Shown here: in pieces, positions 36,417 through 48,400 of the stretch
How the letters are laid out: each line of letters opens with the position of its first letter
How positions within the stretch are numbered: position 1 is the stretch's first letter
The notes under the pieces: model-generated
Told to the model about the DNA's origin: nothing
The model's input: only the letters and a program-made list of their open reading frames with translations
Databases searched by the model: none
Program-made: the position numbers and the translations under genes
DNA from: Candidatus Magasanikiibacteriota bacterium
GTDB taxonomy: Bacteria; Patescibacteriota; Patescibacteriia; Magasanikbacterales; GWA2-37-8
Reading direction: 5' to 3'
DNA length: 64,000 bases
NCBI GenBank assembly: GCA_041665405.1
Contig: JBAYIZ010000002.1
Coordinates: forward strand, 7,300-71,299

Positions 36417-37690
36417 ATGTTTCAAGAATTAAAGATTTTTTGCTTTTAGTATTATTATTTGTTTTGCCTTGGCAAACTAGGTTGATTTATCAAACTGCAT
36501 ATTTGGGTGAAAATTTTTGGGAGTTCGGGAGTTTGTCTTTATATGGTGTTGAAATTTTATTGGGTGTTACAGTTTTGTTTTTTTTGGTGGACAAAATTAG
36601 AAGTGACTTTCACAGTCTGTTAATAAAACATTTTAACAAAAAACGTCTGGCAATAATATTGGCCAGTATTTTTGGTATATTCCTTTTATATCTATTGACT
36701 AGTGCACATTGTGCCATAACCTGGCAATATTTAAACTGGTTTATATATGGGTTGTGTCTTATTTTTATTACATTGGAAAGCCAGTTAAGTTTAAAAAAAT
36801 TATTATTGGCAGTTTGGGCTGGCGGCTTTTTGCAAGGCGTTTTAGCAATATGGCAATTTTTTAATCAGTATATCCCCGCCAATAAGTGGTTGGGTATGGC
36901 GGTGCAAGATCCTCGCCAATTGGGAGTAGCGGTAGTGGAGTTTGGTGATGAACGTTGGTTGCGAGCGTATGGGAGTTTTGGTTGGCCCAATTCATTGGGT
37001 ATATATCTGGCCGTGGTGTTTTTATTAGGTATAATTTTAATTGAAATCGAGAATATAAAAAAATATCGAATTATGTTGTTGGTAGGGCAGTTGTTTATTA
37101 TTATTGGTCTTTTCTTTTCCTTTGCACGTGGTGCGTGGTTGGCTGGAGTAGTGGGTTTGTGTATTTTTGGTATTAAGAAATATAAAGATAGAATTTTTTG
37201 GCAACAGATTGGTGTTTACGCTGTAACTACTTTGATGTTGTTAATAATTTTTAAACCATTAGTTATTTCGAGGTTTGATTTGCAAAATAGGTTGGAAAAA
37301 AATTCAATTTCTCAACGTATTGATCAAGGTGTAGAGTTTAAAAAAATATTTTATTCAAATTATTTGGTAGGAACAGGGCCCGGTAATTATACCGCTGTTT
37401 TGCACAATCTTTTTCCGCAGTATTTTGCATATGATTTAAAGCCAGTTCATAATATTTATTTATTGTTTGTGGCTGAGTTTGGATTATTTGGATTGTTTTT
37501 GTTAGTTATATTTTTGTTTAGGAATATAAAATTGGTATATTTATATTTTGCGCCACTGGTAGCTCTATTAGTTGCTGGGCTATTTGATCATTGGAGCATG
37601 AGTACATTTACTGGACTAACATTTCTTTGTTTAATGATTGGTTTGTCTGTTAAATATTTCGCCATTGACACAAAAGTATCCCCAGAGTAA
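36359..37690 (+). CDS. O-antigen ligase/polymerase-like (Wzy_C) polytopic membrane protein; true start probably downstream (ATG ~36404, first three nt of ATGTTATGC at 36404-36412)
   Basis: About 10 TM helices with central ...FSFARGAWLAGVVGL... loop motif typical of the O-antigen ligase family. The 5' end overlaps the previous gene by 58 nt. Confidence 0.55.
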   Translation: MCEAVGRKINRNFEYVMQINVSRIKDFLLLVLLFVLPWQTRLIYQTAYLGENFWEFGSLSLYGVEILLGVTVLFFLVDKIRSDFHSLLIKHFNKKRLAIILASIFGIFLLYLLTSAHCAITWQYLNWFIYGLCLIFITLESQLSLKKLLLAVWAGGFLQGVLAIWQFFNQYIPANKWLGMAVQDPRQLGVAVVEFGDERWLRAYGSFGWPNSLGIYLAVVFLLGIILIEIENIKKYRIMLLVGQLFIIIGLFFSFARGAWLAGVVGLCIFGIKKYKDRIFWQQIGVYAVTTLMLLIIFKPLVISRFDLQNRLEKNSISQRIDQGVEFKKIFYSNYLVGTGPGNYTAVLHNLFPQYFAYDLKPVHNIYLLFVAEFGLFGLFLLVIFLFRNIKLVYLYFAPLVALLVAGLFDHWSMSTFTGLTFLCLMIGLSVKYFAIDTKVSPE

Positions 37691-37707
37691 ACTTTATAGG
37701 CTAAGAA

Positions 37708-37823
37708 GCCAGAGTTGGGGACAGACTCTCTCGCACGCCATAGTTCCGAGCTAGACCATAGACAGGCATAGTTCGGACAATAAGTGGACGGCGAGCAAAG
37801 TTCGTTCCCAACTCTGGTTTTTT
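37708..37823 (+). other. GC-rich ~115-nt extended hairpin (11-15-bp outer stem ccagagttggg/cccaactctgg + T6) downstream of ligase-like gene; long terminator or small structured RNA
   Basis: Inverted repeat seen directly. Internal imperfect pairing (ctctcgc/gcgag...). Local GC ~50% versus ~33% background. Confidence 0.4.
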
Positions 37824-37969
37824 ATTATTTTGGCTAAAAAATGATGTGGATATTTGGAAGATGATGGCATCTTGACAAAATCATAAAATTGGTTAAAATG
37901 GTATAGTAATTATCACTCAAATCTAGCGAGTGATAAATCAATAAGTTAATTAATCTAATATATTTATAT

Positions 37970-38275
37970 ATGAACATCAAACCATTGGGAGACCGAGTTG
38001 TGGTCAAACCAGCCAAAGAAGCCGAAGTAACTGCTTCGGGTATTTTGTTGCCTTCTAGTGCAGACAAAGAAAAAAAAGCAGAAGGTGAAATCGTGGCTAT
38101 AGGAAACGGCGAGGCAATTGCTAAATTGGATTTGAAGGTAGGGGATAAAGTTTTGTATAAAAAATGGGGTGGGGAGGAAATTAAAATTGGTTCTGGGTCT
38201 AGTGAAGAGACATATAAGATTTTGTATGTGGGATCTGGTGAAGACAAAAATGACATTGTCGCAACTATTTCTTAA
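37970..38275 (+). CDS. groES: Co-chaperonin GroES
   Basis: MNIKPLGDRVVVKP...ASGILLP..., 101 aa, immediately upstream of groEL. Confidence 0.85.
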   Translation: MNIKPLGDRVVVKPAKEAEVTASGILLPSSADKEKKAEGEIVAIGNGEAIAKLDLKVGDKVLYKKWGGEEIKIGSGSSEETYKILYVGSGEDKNDIVATIS

Positions 38276-38282
38276 TTAATAA

Positions 38283-39926
<1,644 letters not shown>

Positions 39927-39930
39927 AAAC

Positions 39931-39962
39931 TTGTCATTCCCACGAAAGTGGGAATCCAAAAC
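39931..39962 (+). repeat. Copy D of 27-nt GNRA-hairpin repeat (ttgtcattcccacGAAAgtgggaatccaaaac), 5 nt after groEL stop
   Basis: Stem attcccac/gtgggaat, GAAA loop. Confidence 0.75.
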
Positions 39963-39988
39963 AGCCTGTGCAAACGGGCTGTTTTTTG
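39959..39988 (+). terminator. Rho-independent terminator after groEL (cagcc-tgtgcaaac-gggctg + T6)
   Basis: GC stem followed by TTTTTTG. Confidence 0.55.
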
Positions 39989-40167
39989 TTATAATACATT
40001 TCAATTAGATGTGGATGTAAAATTGACTATCCACACGGATGCTTGACAATCATATTAGTCTGTGGTTGGCTATATACATAGCTTTCAATATTTTTTTGCA
40101 TTTATGCCTAAAATTAGAGAAAAATTTTGCTTAATTATCACATTTTGTCCAGCGTATCTTTGTGTCT

Positions 40168-40196
40168 AAACTCCTCATTTTGAGGAGTTTTTTGTT
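40168..40196 (+). terminator. Hairpin aaactcctca-tttt-tgaggagttt + T-run about 40 nt upstream of the 1502-aa gene start (possible attenuator or orphan terminator)
   Basis: Perfect 9-10-bp inverted repeat followed by TTTTTG. Confidence 0.4.
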
Positions 40197-40233
40197 TATT
40201 TACAACTAAAATATAAAAAAATAAATTAAAAAT

Positions 40234-43200
40234 ATGAGGAAAAATAGCATTTGGTTAAAAATGATCATTGGTTTAGTGGTGTTTCAAATGGTAGTTATGC
40301 CGATTGCCCCAGTATTTGCTGAAGAAATATCTAGTAGCACTGTTGAAACTATCCAACCAGATGAATCTGCTATCGGTGAATCGATTTTACCAGTTACTAA
40401 TGTTGAACCGGTTACTAATGATAGTTCGACAACAATAGGTACTCCAGTAGAAAATTTGCCAGTAGTGCAACCAGAAGTGCCTGTTATTGTGGATGCTGCT
40501 ATTTCACCAATAATTGAAAATACTCCAGAAAATATTTTATCTACCACCACTCCGGTAGTAAATCAAAATTTAGCAAATAAAAATTACAATGTAATAATGC
40601 GTCGTCTTAATAATTTAGATAAAGAAAGTGTAAATGGCGCTCAATTTGATAGTTTTATTCAATCAGAAAAAGATAAATTGGATAAATTAGGAATAGATGG
40701 TTCCAAAAAAGCGGATTATTTAAATTTTTTAGAAAAACAATCACGTAAATTAAATAATGAACCAACTCCGTTAAAGGAAAGAATAATAAATAAAGTCAAA
40801 GATATACTTGGTATTGATGAGAAAAAATCCACAATAGAAAAAGCGGAATTTCGTATTCCACAAAAACCAGCTTCTTTTCAATTTAATAATAACCCAGTTG
40901 AATTAAAAAATTTGTCAGATAGGAACGAGAAAGACGCCATAGTAAATCTGAAGGATATGTTTGGGCAGGTATTTAAAATGGATCAGGTTTCGGCCGATAG
41001 TCAATATTTACCTACTGTAGATGATATCAAAGCAGACGGCGTAGAAGTGCAGATAAATAACGAGATACAGGATTTGGCTGTTAGTTTAAATAATAATCCG
41101 GTAAATATTTTGAATTTTGTCCGTACGAATATTTCTTATGAACCATATTTTGGTGCCAAGAAGGGTAGTGTAGGATGTTTGCATGAAGGGGTTTGTAATG
41201 ATGTTGATGCTAGTTCTCTGACCATTTCATTGTTGCGCGCTGCTGGTATTCCAGCTAGATACAAAAGTAGTGTTGTGCAAATGAGTGCTGATCAGTTGAA
41301 AAATTTGTTAGGAGTGGATGAATTGAAAACTGTGTATATTGCTTTGGCACAAAATAAAGTACCAGTATATGTAATTTCTTCGTCCACTATACCATCTGGC
41401 AAAGCGATTGATTATGATTTTTCTGGTGAAACTTCTTTGGGTTTAGAGTGGATGTTTGTGGAAGCTTTTTATGATTATGATGAGCGGGGAGCAAATTTTA
41501 GTAATTTATTATCGTTTAATAATGCATCCACCACAGCCGATGTTCAAAATATTTTACAAACATATAATAATAAACAGTGGATTCCAATGGATGCGGTAGT
41601 CAAAAATTATAATCGTACCAAGAATGAAATTGTGCATGATACTGCCAATTTTAACATGCAGAATTTTTGGAATAATTTTCTTCAATATCAAGGCGCTTTA
41701 TCTCCAGTCCAAAAATATGTTCAAGATTTAAAGACAGCAACTGGCAAAGATATTAATAATGCTTCTTTTCAATCTAGTTTAGTTGGAGCTGATAAAACTT
41801 TTCCAATTTTACCTCCGACATTGCCATATTATACTCACACTGGTGAAGTCGGTGGCGTTTTGATTCAGCCAACTGCGTATTCACTGTTACCAGATAGTCA
41901 TCGTCCACAAGTAAAAATTTCTTTATTGAAAGAATCCGACAATAGTGTAGTTTTGGAAAATACTTTTTATGCTAGTCAGGTAAATAATGTGGATATAAAT
42001 TTGTTTTATGAAGGTGCTACTGATGCGGATAAACAAATAATAGAAAGTTATGGCGGTATTCATGCCACTCCGGCATCATTGGTAGATATTACGCCATATT
42101 TTGTTGGTGATAAATTCAAATATTCAACAAATAATAAAATTAAAATTGGAGATCAATTAATTTTGGCTTTTGAATATAAATCTAATGGGGAAATAATTAA
42201 TGAAGATGAAAAATTTTCGATTGCTGGAAATAGTGAAGGTATAGTAATATCCTTGTCTAAAATATTATCAGATCCAGATTTAACTAATAATTCAGAAATA
42301 TTATTGCAAGGTAATACTGGTTTGGCGAGAAAGTATTTGGAACATTTGCAAACCACTGGTGAATTGTTACAAAAATCTTTGGATTATAGATTCAACACAG
42401 TTTTTTCACGTGCTGTAATTACACAGAATCGTATTTTATCCGAAGTAGACGGTGTACCTACAACTTTTGATTTCAAGGGTTTGTCTATTGATTCCGGAAC
42501 CTATATCAACGATTGGTCCAATCGCGGATTGGTAACAAACCACCGCAAGGATTTCCGTTTGATTTGGGGACAAGATGCTTCGTATTATGAAGGTCAACTT
42601 TTTGATGATATTACCGGTTTAACGGGAATTTCTACAGTAAAAGGTTTGCAATTTGCGTATGCTCATCCAGAAACTTATACCGTGCATACTATAACTTCAA
42701 ACAATGAAAATGAAATTGATGGTTTGAATCTTTCTGATAATACCAAAATTAATATGCATTTGGCTGTACAAGAGGGGAACACTGTTATCACCCCAGATAA
42801 AGCCATAGTTGATGGTGCCTGGAATGGATTATTGTATATTATTTTACTTCCAGAGGGATGTGGTACTTATGCGATTGGAGAACAGACACAACAGAATGGA
42901 GGTATGACAGTAGATGAAGCTCAATATTTAGCATATAATGATACGATTTCGGAGTTGCTTAAGTATACCTATTATTTTGATCAGGATTCTCAATATTATG
43001 CTTTTGAAGATGGTAGGTCGGTAGATAGTATTCAATGTGTAATTCAAAAGCCTCAATATGAAGATATCAAAAATAATTCTGGTTGGAATTCTTCATATGG
43101 ATTTCCGTGCGTAAAAAATATCGTAAATTTCGGTTCAGTTCAGCATGTGTATATTTTAGCTTCTAATGGAGCCAAGTTTTTTAGCTCTGATAAATACAAT

Positions 43201-44742
43201 AAATGGTATTCTAAAACAGAAGTAGAAAACAAAGTTAATGTGTATATAAATAATATTGGTTCAGTAACAGATAAATATGTTTTAAAATTTTCTAGTACAC
43301 TTGGTATTTATCGTCAGTCAATTTGTACTGGTAGTGGATGGAATAATTGTAATAATGGTAAATACGAAACTGTGTATTTTGTTCCAGATAACAATAGTGG
43401 GCAGGTTTATAGACTTAAGACAGAATTTCTAGATAAAGCTGCCAATAATAGCAATGAAATTATAAAAATTGTAGGTTTTCCAACCAACGATCAAGCGTCT
43501 GCCGCCACCAGTAAATATGGCACTAGTGGTAATTATCAGAACTTCGTTAATGGACAAATGTATTCTTATAAACGATGGGGTTGGACTTGGGTATATTATA
43601 CCCAAGGTAAAATAACGGAAGCTCATAATGCTAACGGAGGCACAAATGGTAATCTTGGTTTTCCTGAAAATGATCCTAAAAATCGTAATGGTGTGATTTA
43701 TCAAGAATTTGAAGGTGATCAAGAAATTGGTTGGAATTTGTCTACTGGATCTACGGCTATTGAAACTTTTAAGAAATATCGTTGCGAATTGTATAAAGAT
43801 ATAAAAAATTCAACAATTCTAAAATTAATAATGGCGCAAGGAGTCTTCGATACTGTAGTTCAGACAGTTGATGATGTTTTTTCTCTTATAATGCCAGTTA
43901 TAAAAGGAGTGATAAACATTGGAGATACTGCCGATAGTGCCTATGAGTTAGCACAAGACGCAGCTAAGATTAATGTAAATGATATAACTAACTTTCTTAA
44001 ATCTACTGGTAGTGCAGCGTACAATTATTTGATAGATGAATATAATACATCTATTGGTCCAAATGGGTGTTCGGCTAGAGCTAATTATGTGAGTGGGAGA
44101 ATTGTGGGTGAAATATTATTGATTTATGTACCAGTAAACAAGTTGAAAGCAGTCAGTAAAGTAAAATTAACTAGTAAGTTGAGCGAAGATGTTAAAATTA
44201 TTTCCAAGTTGGGTGATGTCACAGAAAATACAGTAGAAACTCTTAACGGGTTGGCTAAGGTAGGTAAATTTAAAGGAAAACCAATATTTGGTATATTTAA
44301 AAAATATATTGATAGCGGAGAATATATCTGGTACAAAACACCTCTTGATGATTTATCTGGTTTTGGTCTTAAACAGGCATTAGAGAGTGGCTACTTAAAA
44401 GGAGATCTAAAGAATGGTTTTTATAGTTTACAGAAAGCGATCAATGACGATTATCTTATAGGTCTAACTCAAAAAGGAGATGAAATAATCTATGTACTTC
44501 AGCAAGATGGAAAAATGATTATTTCACCTCGTGGCGCCTATAAGCTCCCTCATCCAATTCTAAGCGAAGGAGAAAGTGTTCGGTCTGCTGGTACTATAAA
44601 ATTCACTTCAAAGGATGTGGTGGAAATAGATAATAGTTCAGGTCATTTTTGGGCTAGTTCTGAAAGTCTTGATGATGTAAAGGCAACAATTCAAAATTCT
44701 TTTTCAAATGTAAAAGTTAATGTAATTAAAAAATATGAATAA
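40234..44742 (+). CDS. Large (1502 aa) secreted/membrane-anchored protein with transglutaminase-like cysteine-protease core and a C-terminal divergent domain
   Basis: N-terminal TM/signal. ...GSVGCLHEGVCNDVDASSLTISLLRAAGIPARY... matches the transglutaminase-like Cys...His...Asp core region. About 900 further residues of unknown function. Confidence 0.65.
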   Translation: MRKNSIWLKMIIGLVVFQMVVMPIAPVFAEEISSSTVETIQPDESAIGESILPVTNVEPVTNDSSTTIGTPVENLPVVQPEVPVIVDAAISPIIENTPENILSTTTPVVNQNLANKNYNVIMRRLNNLDKESVNGAQFDSFIQSEKDKLDKLGIDGSKKADYLNFLEKQSRKLNNEPTPLKERIINKVKDILGIDEKKSTIEKAEFRIPQKPASFQFNNNPVELKNLSDRNEKDAIVNLKDMFGQVFKMDQVSADSQYLPTVDDIKADGVEVQINNEIQDLAVSLNNNPVNILNFVRTNISYEPYFGAKKGSVGCLHEGVCNDVDASSLTISLLRAAGIPARYKSSVVQMSADQLKNLLGVDELKTVYIALAQNKVPVYVISSSTIPSGKAIDYDFSGETSLGLEWMFVEAFYDYDERGANFSNLLSFNNASTTADVQNILQTYNNKQWIPMDAVVKNYNRTKNEIVHDTANFNMQNFWNNFLQYQGALSPVQKYVQDLKTATGKDINNASFQSSLVGADKTFPILPPTLPYYTHTGEVGGVLIQPTAYSLLPDSHRPQVKISLLKESDNSVVLENTFYASQVNNVDINLFYEGATDADKQIIESYGGIHATPASLVDITPYFVGDKFKYSTNNKIKIGDQLILAFEYKSNGEIINEDEKFSIAGNSEGIVISLSKILSDPDLTNNSEILLQGNTGLARKYLEHLQTTGELLQKSLDYRFNTVFSRAVITQNRILSEVDGVPTTFDFKGLSIDSGTYINDWSNRGLVTNHRKDFRLIWGQDASYYEGQLFDDITGLTGISTVKGLQFAYAHPETYTVHTITSNNENEIDGLNLSDNTKINMHLAVQEGNTVITPDKAIVDGAWNGLLYIILLPEGCGTYAIGEQTQQNGGMTVDEAQYLAYNDTISELLKYTYYFDQDSQYYAFEDGRSVDSIQCVIQKPQYEDIKNNSGWNSSYGFPCVKNIVNFGSVQHVYILASNGAKFFSSDKYNKWYSKTEVENKVNVYINNIGSVTDKYVLKFSSTLGIYRQSICTGSGWNNCNNGKYETVYFVPDNNSGQVYRLKTEFLDKAANNSNEIIKIVGFPTNDQASAATSKYGTSGNYQNFVNGQMYSYKRWGWTWVYYTQGKITEAHNANGGTNGNLGFPENDPKNRNGVIYQEFEGDQEIGWNLSTGSTAIETFKKYRCELYKDIKNSTILKLIMAQGVFDTVVQTVDDVFSLIMPVIKGVINIGDTADSAYELAQDAAKINVNDITNFLKSTGSAAYNYLIDEYNTSIGPNGCSARANYVSGRIVGEILLIYVPVNKLKAVSKVKLTSKLSEDVKIISKLGDVTENTVETLNGLAKVGKFKGKPIFGIFKKYIDSGEYIWYKTPLDDLSGFGLKQALESGYLKGDLKNGFYSLQKAINDDYLIGLTQKGDEIIYVLQQDGKMIISPRGAYKLPHPILSEGESVRSAGTIKFTSKDVVEIDNSSGHFWASSESLDDVKATIQNSFSNVKVNVIKKYE

Positions 44743-45424
44743 AGAAGATGTTGTTAGTGAAGGATTGAAAATTCTGTCAGGATGGAAAACTACCAATCCT
44801 AGTTTAATTGATAATTTAATAAATCGATTTAATAAGCAAATAGAATATTTTACACAAAATAACAAGAGGTGGAATATTACTATTGAGCCATATATTGTTT
44901 ATGTTGATAATTATCAATTGTTGTTAGAGACTTTGATTTCTCAGATTGGTAGAGAAGGAATTGAAAAACTTATAATATATTTATTGGAAAATGATAGTCG
45001 TTTGCACAGTAAAATGATAAAACCTGTATATCCACCTTATTTAGTTCAGTTTGCTTATTTATTATTATATATTTTACCAAAAGGATTCAGAACACGTCGA
45101 TTGTTTGAATCATTTTGGGATCATCAAGCAAAAATATTTCCAGGGATTGATGAGCAGTTCGCTAGGAATTTTTTCAACCCATTCATCGAAGAGGATATAA
45201 CAAACGTAAAAGAAATACAAAAATTATTGATTAGAGATTGGTGGCGTTGGCAAGAGGCTTCGATGGATTCCTTATATTATGGAGTTTCAATTGGTTTAAG
45301 TGCAGTTTATTTTGTAGATTTTGAACAGGAAGATAGTAAGAAAATAAATTGGGAATTGAAAGAAAAAGAACTTGAGATAGATTGGAAAGAAAAAACAGGA
45401 AAAGAACCAAAAAAATGGTTTTAA
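44735..45424 (+). CDS. Hypothetical cytoplasmic protein translationally coupled (start overlaps stop of the 1502-aa gene); candidate partner/immunity-like protein
   Basis: ATGAATAAAG... start at 44735 overlaps the TAA stop at 44740-44742. 229 aa with no signal peptide. Trp-rich C-terminus. Confidence 0.4.
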   Translation: MNKEDVVSEGLKILSGWKTTNPSLIDNLINRFNKQIEYFTQNNKRWNITIEPYIVYVDNYQLLLETLISQIGREGIEKLIIYLLENDSRLHSKMIKPVYPPYLVQFAYLLLYILPKGFRTRRLFESFWDHQAKIFPGIDEQFARNFFNPFIEEDITNVKEIQKLLIRDWWRWQEASMDSLYYGVSIGLSAVYFVDFEQEDSKKINWELKEKELEIDWKEKTGKEPKKWF

Positions 45425-45465
45425 ACGGAGTGTTTACCTAAAAAATAAATATTTAATAAAAAAAT

Positions 45466-48400
45466 ATGTTATTCAAGCGCATGCTAGTCTATTTGACCAT
45501 CGTTAGTATGATAGGCGGAAATTTTATCCCGTTTGTTGGGGTATCGGCAGCGAATAATTCCAAGGTACCCAAGAAAAAGGATATTACTCCGGTAGCTTCG
45601 GCGGCGATTCCAGAAACAGACTGGTCGGCGGTGGATTGGAATGAAGAATTGGTATTGCCAGAAGATCAGATGGAATACCAAAGACAGGTGAAAGAATTGC
45701 AAGATAGTGGACGGGATTCTGAAATTAAAAATTTGGTTGTTAAAAAACACAAATTGAGTGATGATGATATAATGGCGCGTTCGAATGTACCAAAAGATAT
45801 TCGGGAAATGGTAGATGATTATAAAAATGTGGTTTCATCACTTGGAAAACAAGTGGATGTAAAAAGACTGGAAGCCGAAAAACTTTTATTATCAGAAAGA
45901 ATTGCGTCTGAACATCCTTTTGTTGGTGATAAAAAATTAAATTTAGATATTAATGTCGATCAGATTATAGATGTTAAAAGTGCAGCCAAATTGAAACCAA
46001 AAAAGTTAATTCCATATACACCAAATATTCCAACTGTGGTTGAGATAAAACCAAAAATAAAATCTCAAACAAAAGAAAAACAATCAAATTTTGATTTATA
46101 CAATGTTACATCTCGTGGTTTGAGAGATAAAGCAGATAAAATAGAAAAAGATATTCGTCAAAAAAATGATAAACGATCAGTTAGTGATTTGGGATCGAGT
46201 ATCCGAAAGTTTTTTGGAATTGAATCAGCTAGCGCCAGTACTCCAATAATTAATTATTATTCTGGTATAGAAAAATATTCTTCTGACAATGCTCTGTATT
46301 ATATTTCCAATCAACAAAATGCAGATGGCAGTTTTGGTGATACGAGCTTATATGAAAATACAGCTCAGGTGGTATGGGCATTGAGTGAATATGGGCGCAC
46401 CAATAATGATCAATATACAGCAGCGGTAAATTACTTAAAAAATACTGCACCAGAAAATATTCGTGAACAGGCAGTTAAGGCTCGTGTTTTGTATGGTTTA
46501 GGTTTGCCTTATCAGTCAATTTTGGATGATATTATTGCTAATAGAAATAAAGATGGAGGATATGGTTTACAAAAAGGATATGTCAGTGATGTTATCACTA
46601 CTGGCGAAGTAGTTACTACACTTTGGGCTGGTAATTATTCTATTCAAGATGCCTTACCAAAGGGTCTGTTGTTTATATCAAGTCAGATTCCAAGCGATGG
46701 CGGGATGCGTTTTACAGCCAACAGCAATCCAAGTTATTTTTTAATAAATTTTACCGCTCAGTATTTATATCCATTTAAATCATTTACCTTAGCGAATGAC
46801 AGTGGTGTTTCGATTCCGCTTCAACCAAAAATAAATAGTTTATTAAATTATTTAAGTTTACAATTTGATAGTAGCGCAGAACGATTGTTAGGTGCAGAAT
46901 CGTCTTTGGATGAATCAGCCACTATTAATACTTGGAATATTTATCAGACCGATTTGGATAAAGCAAAATTATTAACAAGTAGTTTACAAGAGAAACAATT
47001 TATTGATGGAAGTTTTGATCAAAGTAATTTGGCAACACTGTCAGCTCTTAAGGTGATAGCTAAACCAGATTTAATATTAACAAACTTGGTAAGTACTGGT
47101 AGTTTGATAAATAAGAGCCAGGCAAGTTTTAGTTTGACTATTCAAAATAGGGGATATGCTCCAGCAGTGACCACCACGATTTATTTATTTGCAGAAAGTT
47201 ATAATACTGGTATTAAAATAAATCTCAAAGATTTAGTTTCAGCCATTGAACCAAATGAAACCATAACAATTAATTTTAATATCTCTGATACCATTAGTTA
47301 TTTTGGTGATGTGGAAATTAAAATGTATGCTGAAGATGATGGTGATATAAATTATGATGATAATTGGATAGCAAAAACTTTTACTTTTGCTAGTGCTGCT
47401 AATAATTCACCAGCATTGCAAATGTTTTATATGGCTGGTAAACATGTAATAGCTGGTAATCCAAGTTTAAATGTTCGTTGGGCCAAACCAAAAGTTGATC
47501 CAAATCGTCTTAATTATGTTATAATGTGGCGTCAAAAAGGTACTACGGATTGGAGTTTTTATGGTATAAACACAACATGGAATGGCGCATTTTTGGGTGG
47601 TGGATTTGTTGATGGCACAACTTACGAAGTGACTGCTGGTGTATTGTATAATGATGAACAGACTGTAACTTATTTTTCAAATACAACTGATGTAAAAACC
47701 GGTGCTGTTGAAAATATGTACATGGGAAATTTGTCTGGCTATATTACTTTAGATAATCAGCCGCTGCCCAATGTTAGTATTTCTGGTTTTGGGGTCAACG
47801 GTAAGTCTGACTCTAATGGTAATATAAATTTATCCAGTATTCCTAACGGCTCTTCAATGTCTAAAGTGCAAACTTATCAGTACGATGAATTGTACTCGAC
47901 CCGTTTTCCAATAGCTATTAACGCGACCACTACTGGTGTTCGATTTCTCACTCATTTAAAAGATGATGTTACTACCCCAACAATCTCCAATACTGAATTA
48001 CGTTGGGCATCAAATTATAAAGTTAAAAATCAAAAAGAATATCAACTGCTTACTTGGGGTGCAGATAATGTGGCGATAAAAGAAGGTGATTTTTATTTGT
48101 GGAATCCGAATACTCAGATGTGGACGTTTTTGAGTACATCGCCGGTAAATAGTTCAGGAGGAAATTATACAGAATTAAAATGGTATATTCCTACCGATTT
48201 ACCTTTGGGCGCAGGATATAAGATCAAAGGCAATTTGCGAGATTATCGAGGTAATGAATCTGTTTTTAAAGAATGGGGTCCGTTTGAAATTATTGATGGA
48301 ACCGCTCCGCAATTTACCGTTTTGTTTCCTAATGGTGGAGAAGAGCTAGTGTTAGGGACAACCAACACCATTAAATGGACGACCACTTCCACCAACCCAG

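Noticed and set aside
37708-37823. Possibility that the GC-rich hairpin is a tRNA or SRP (4.5S) RNA gene
   Set aside because: No cloverleaf can be drawn (no acceptor/T-arm/anticodon arrangement, and the GGTTC...GAACC order is inverted). The GGAA-tetraloop domain-IV signature of SRP RNA is absent.
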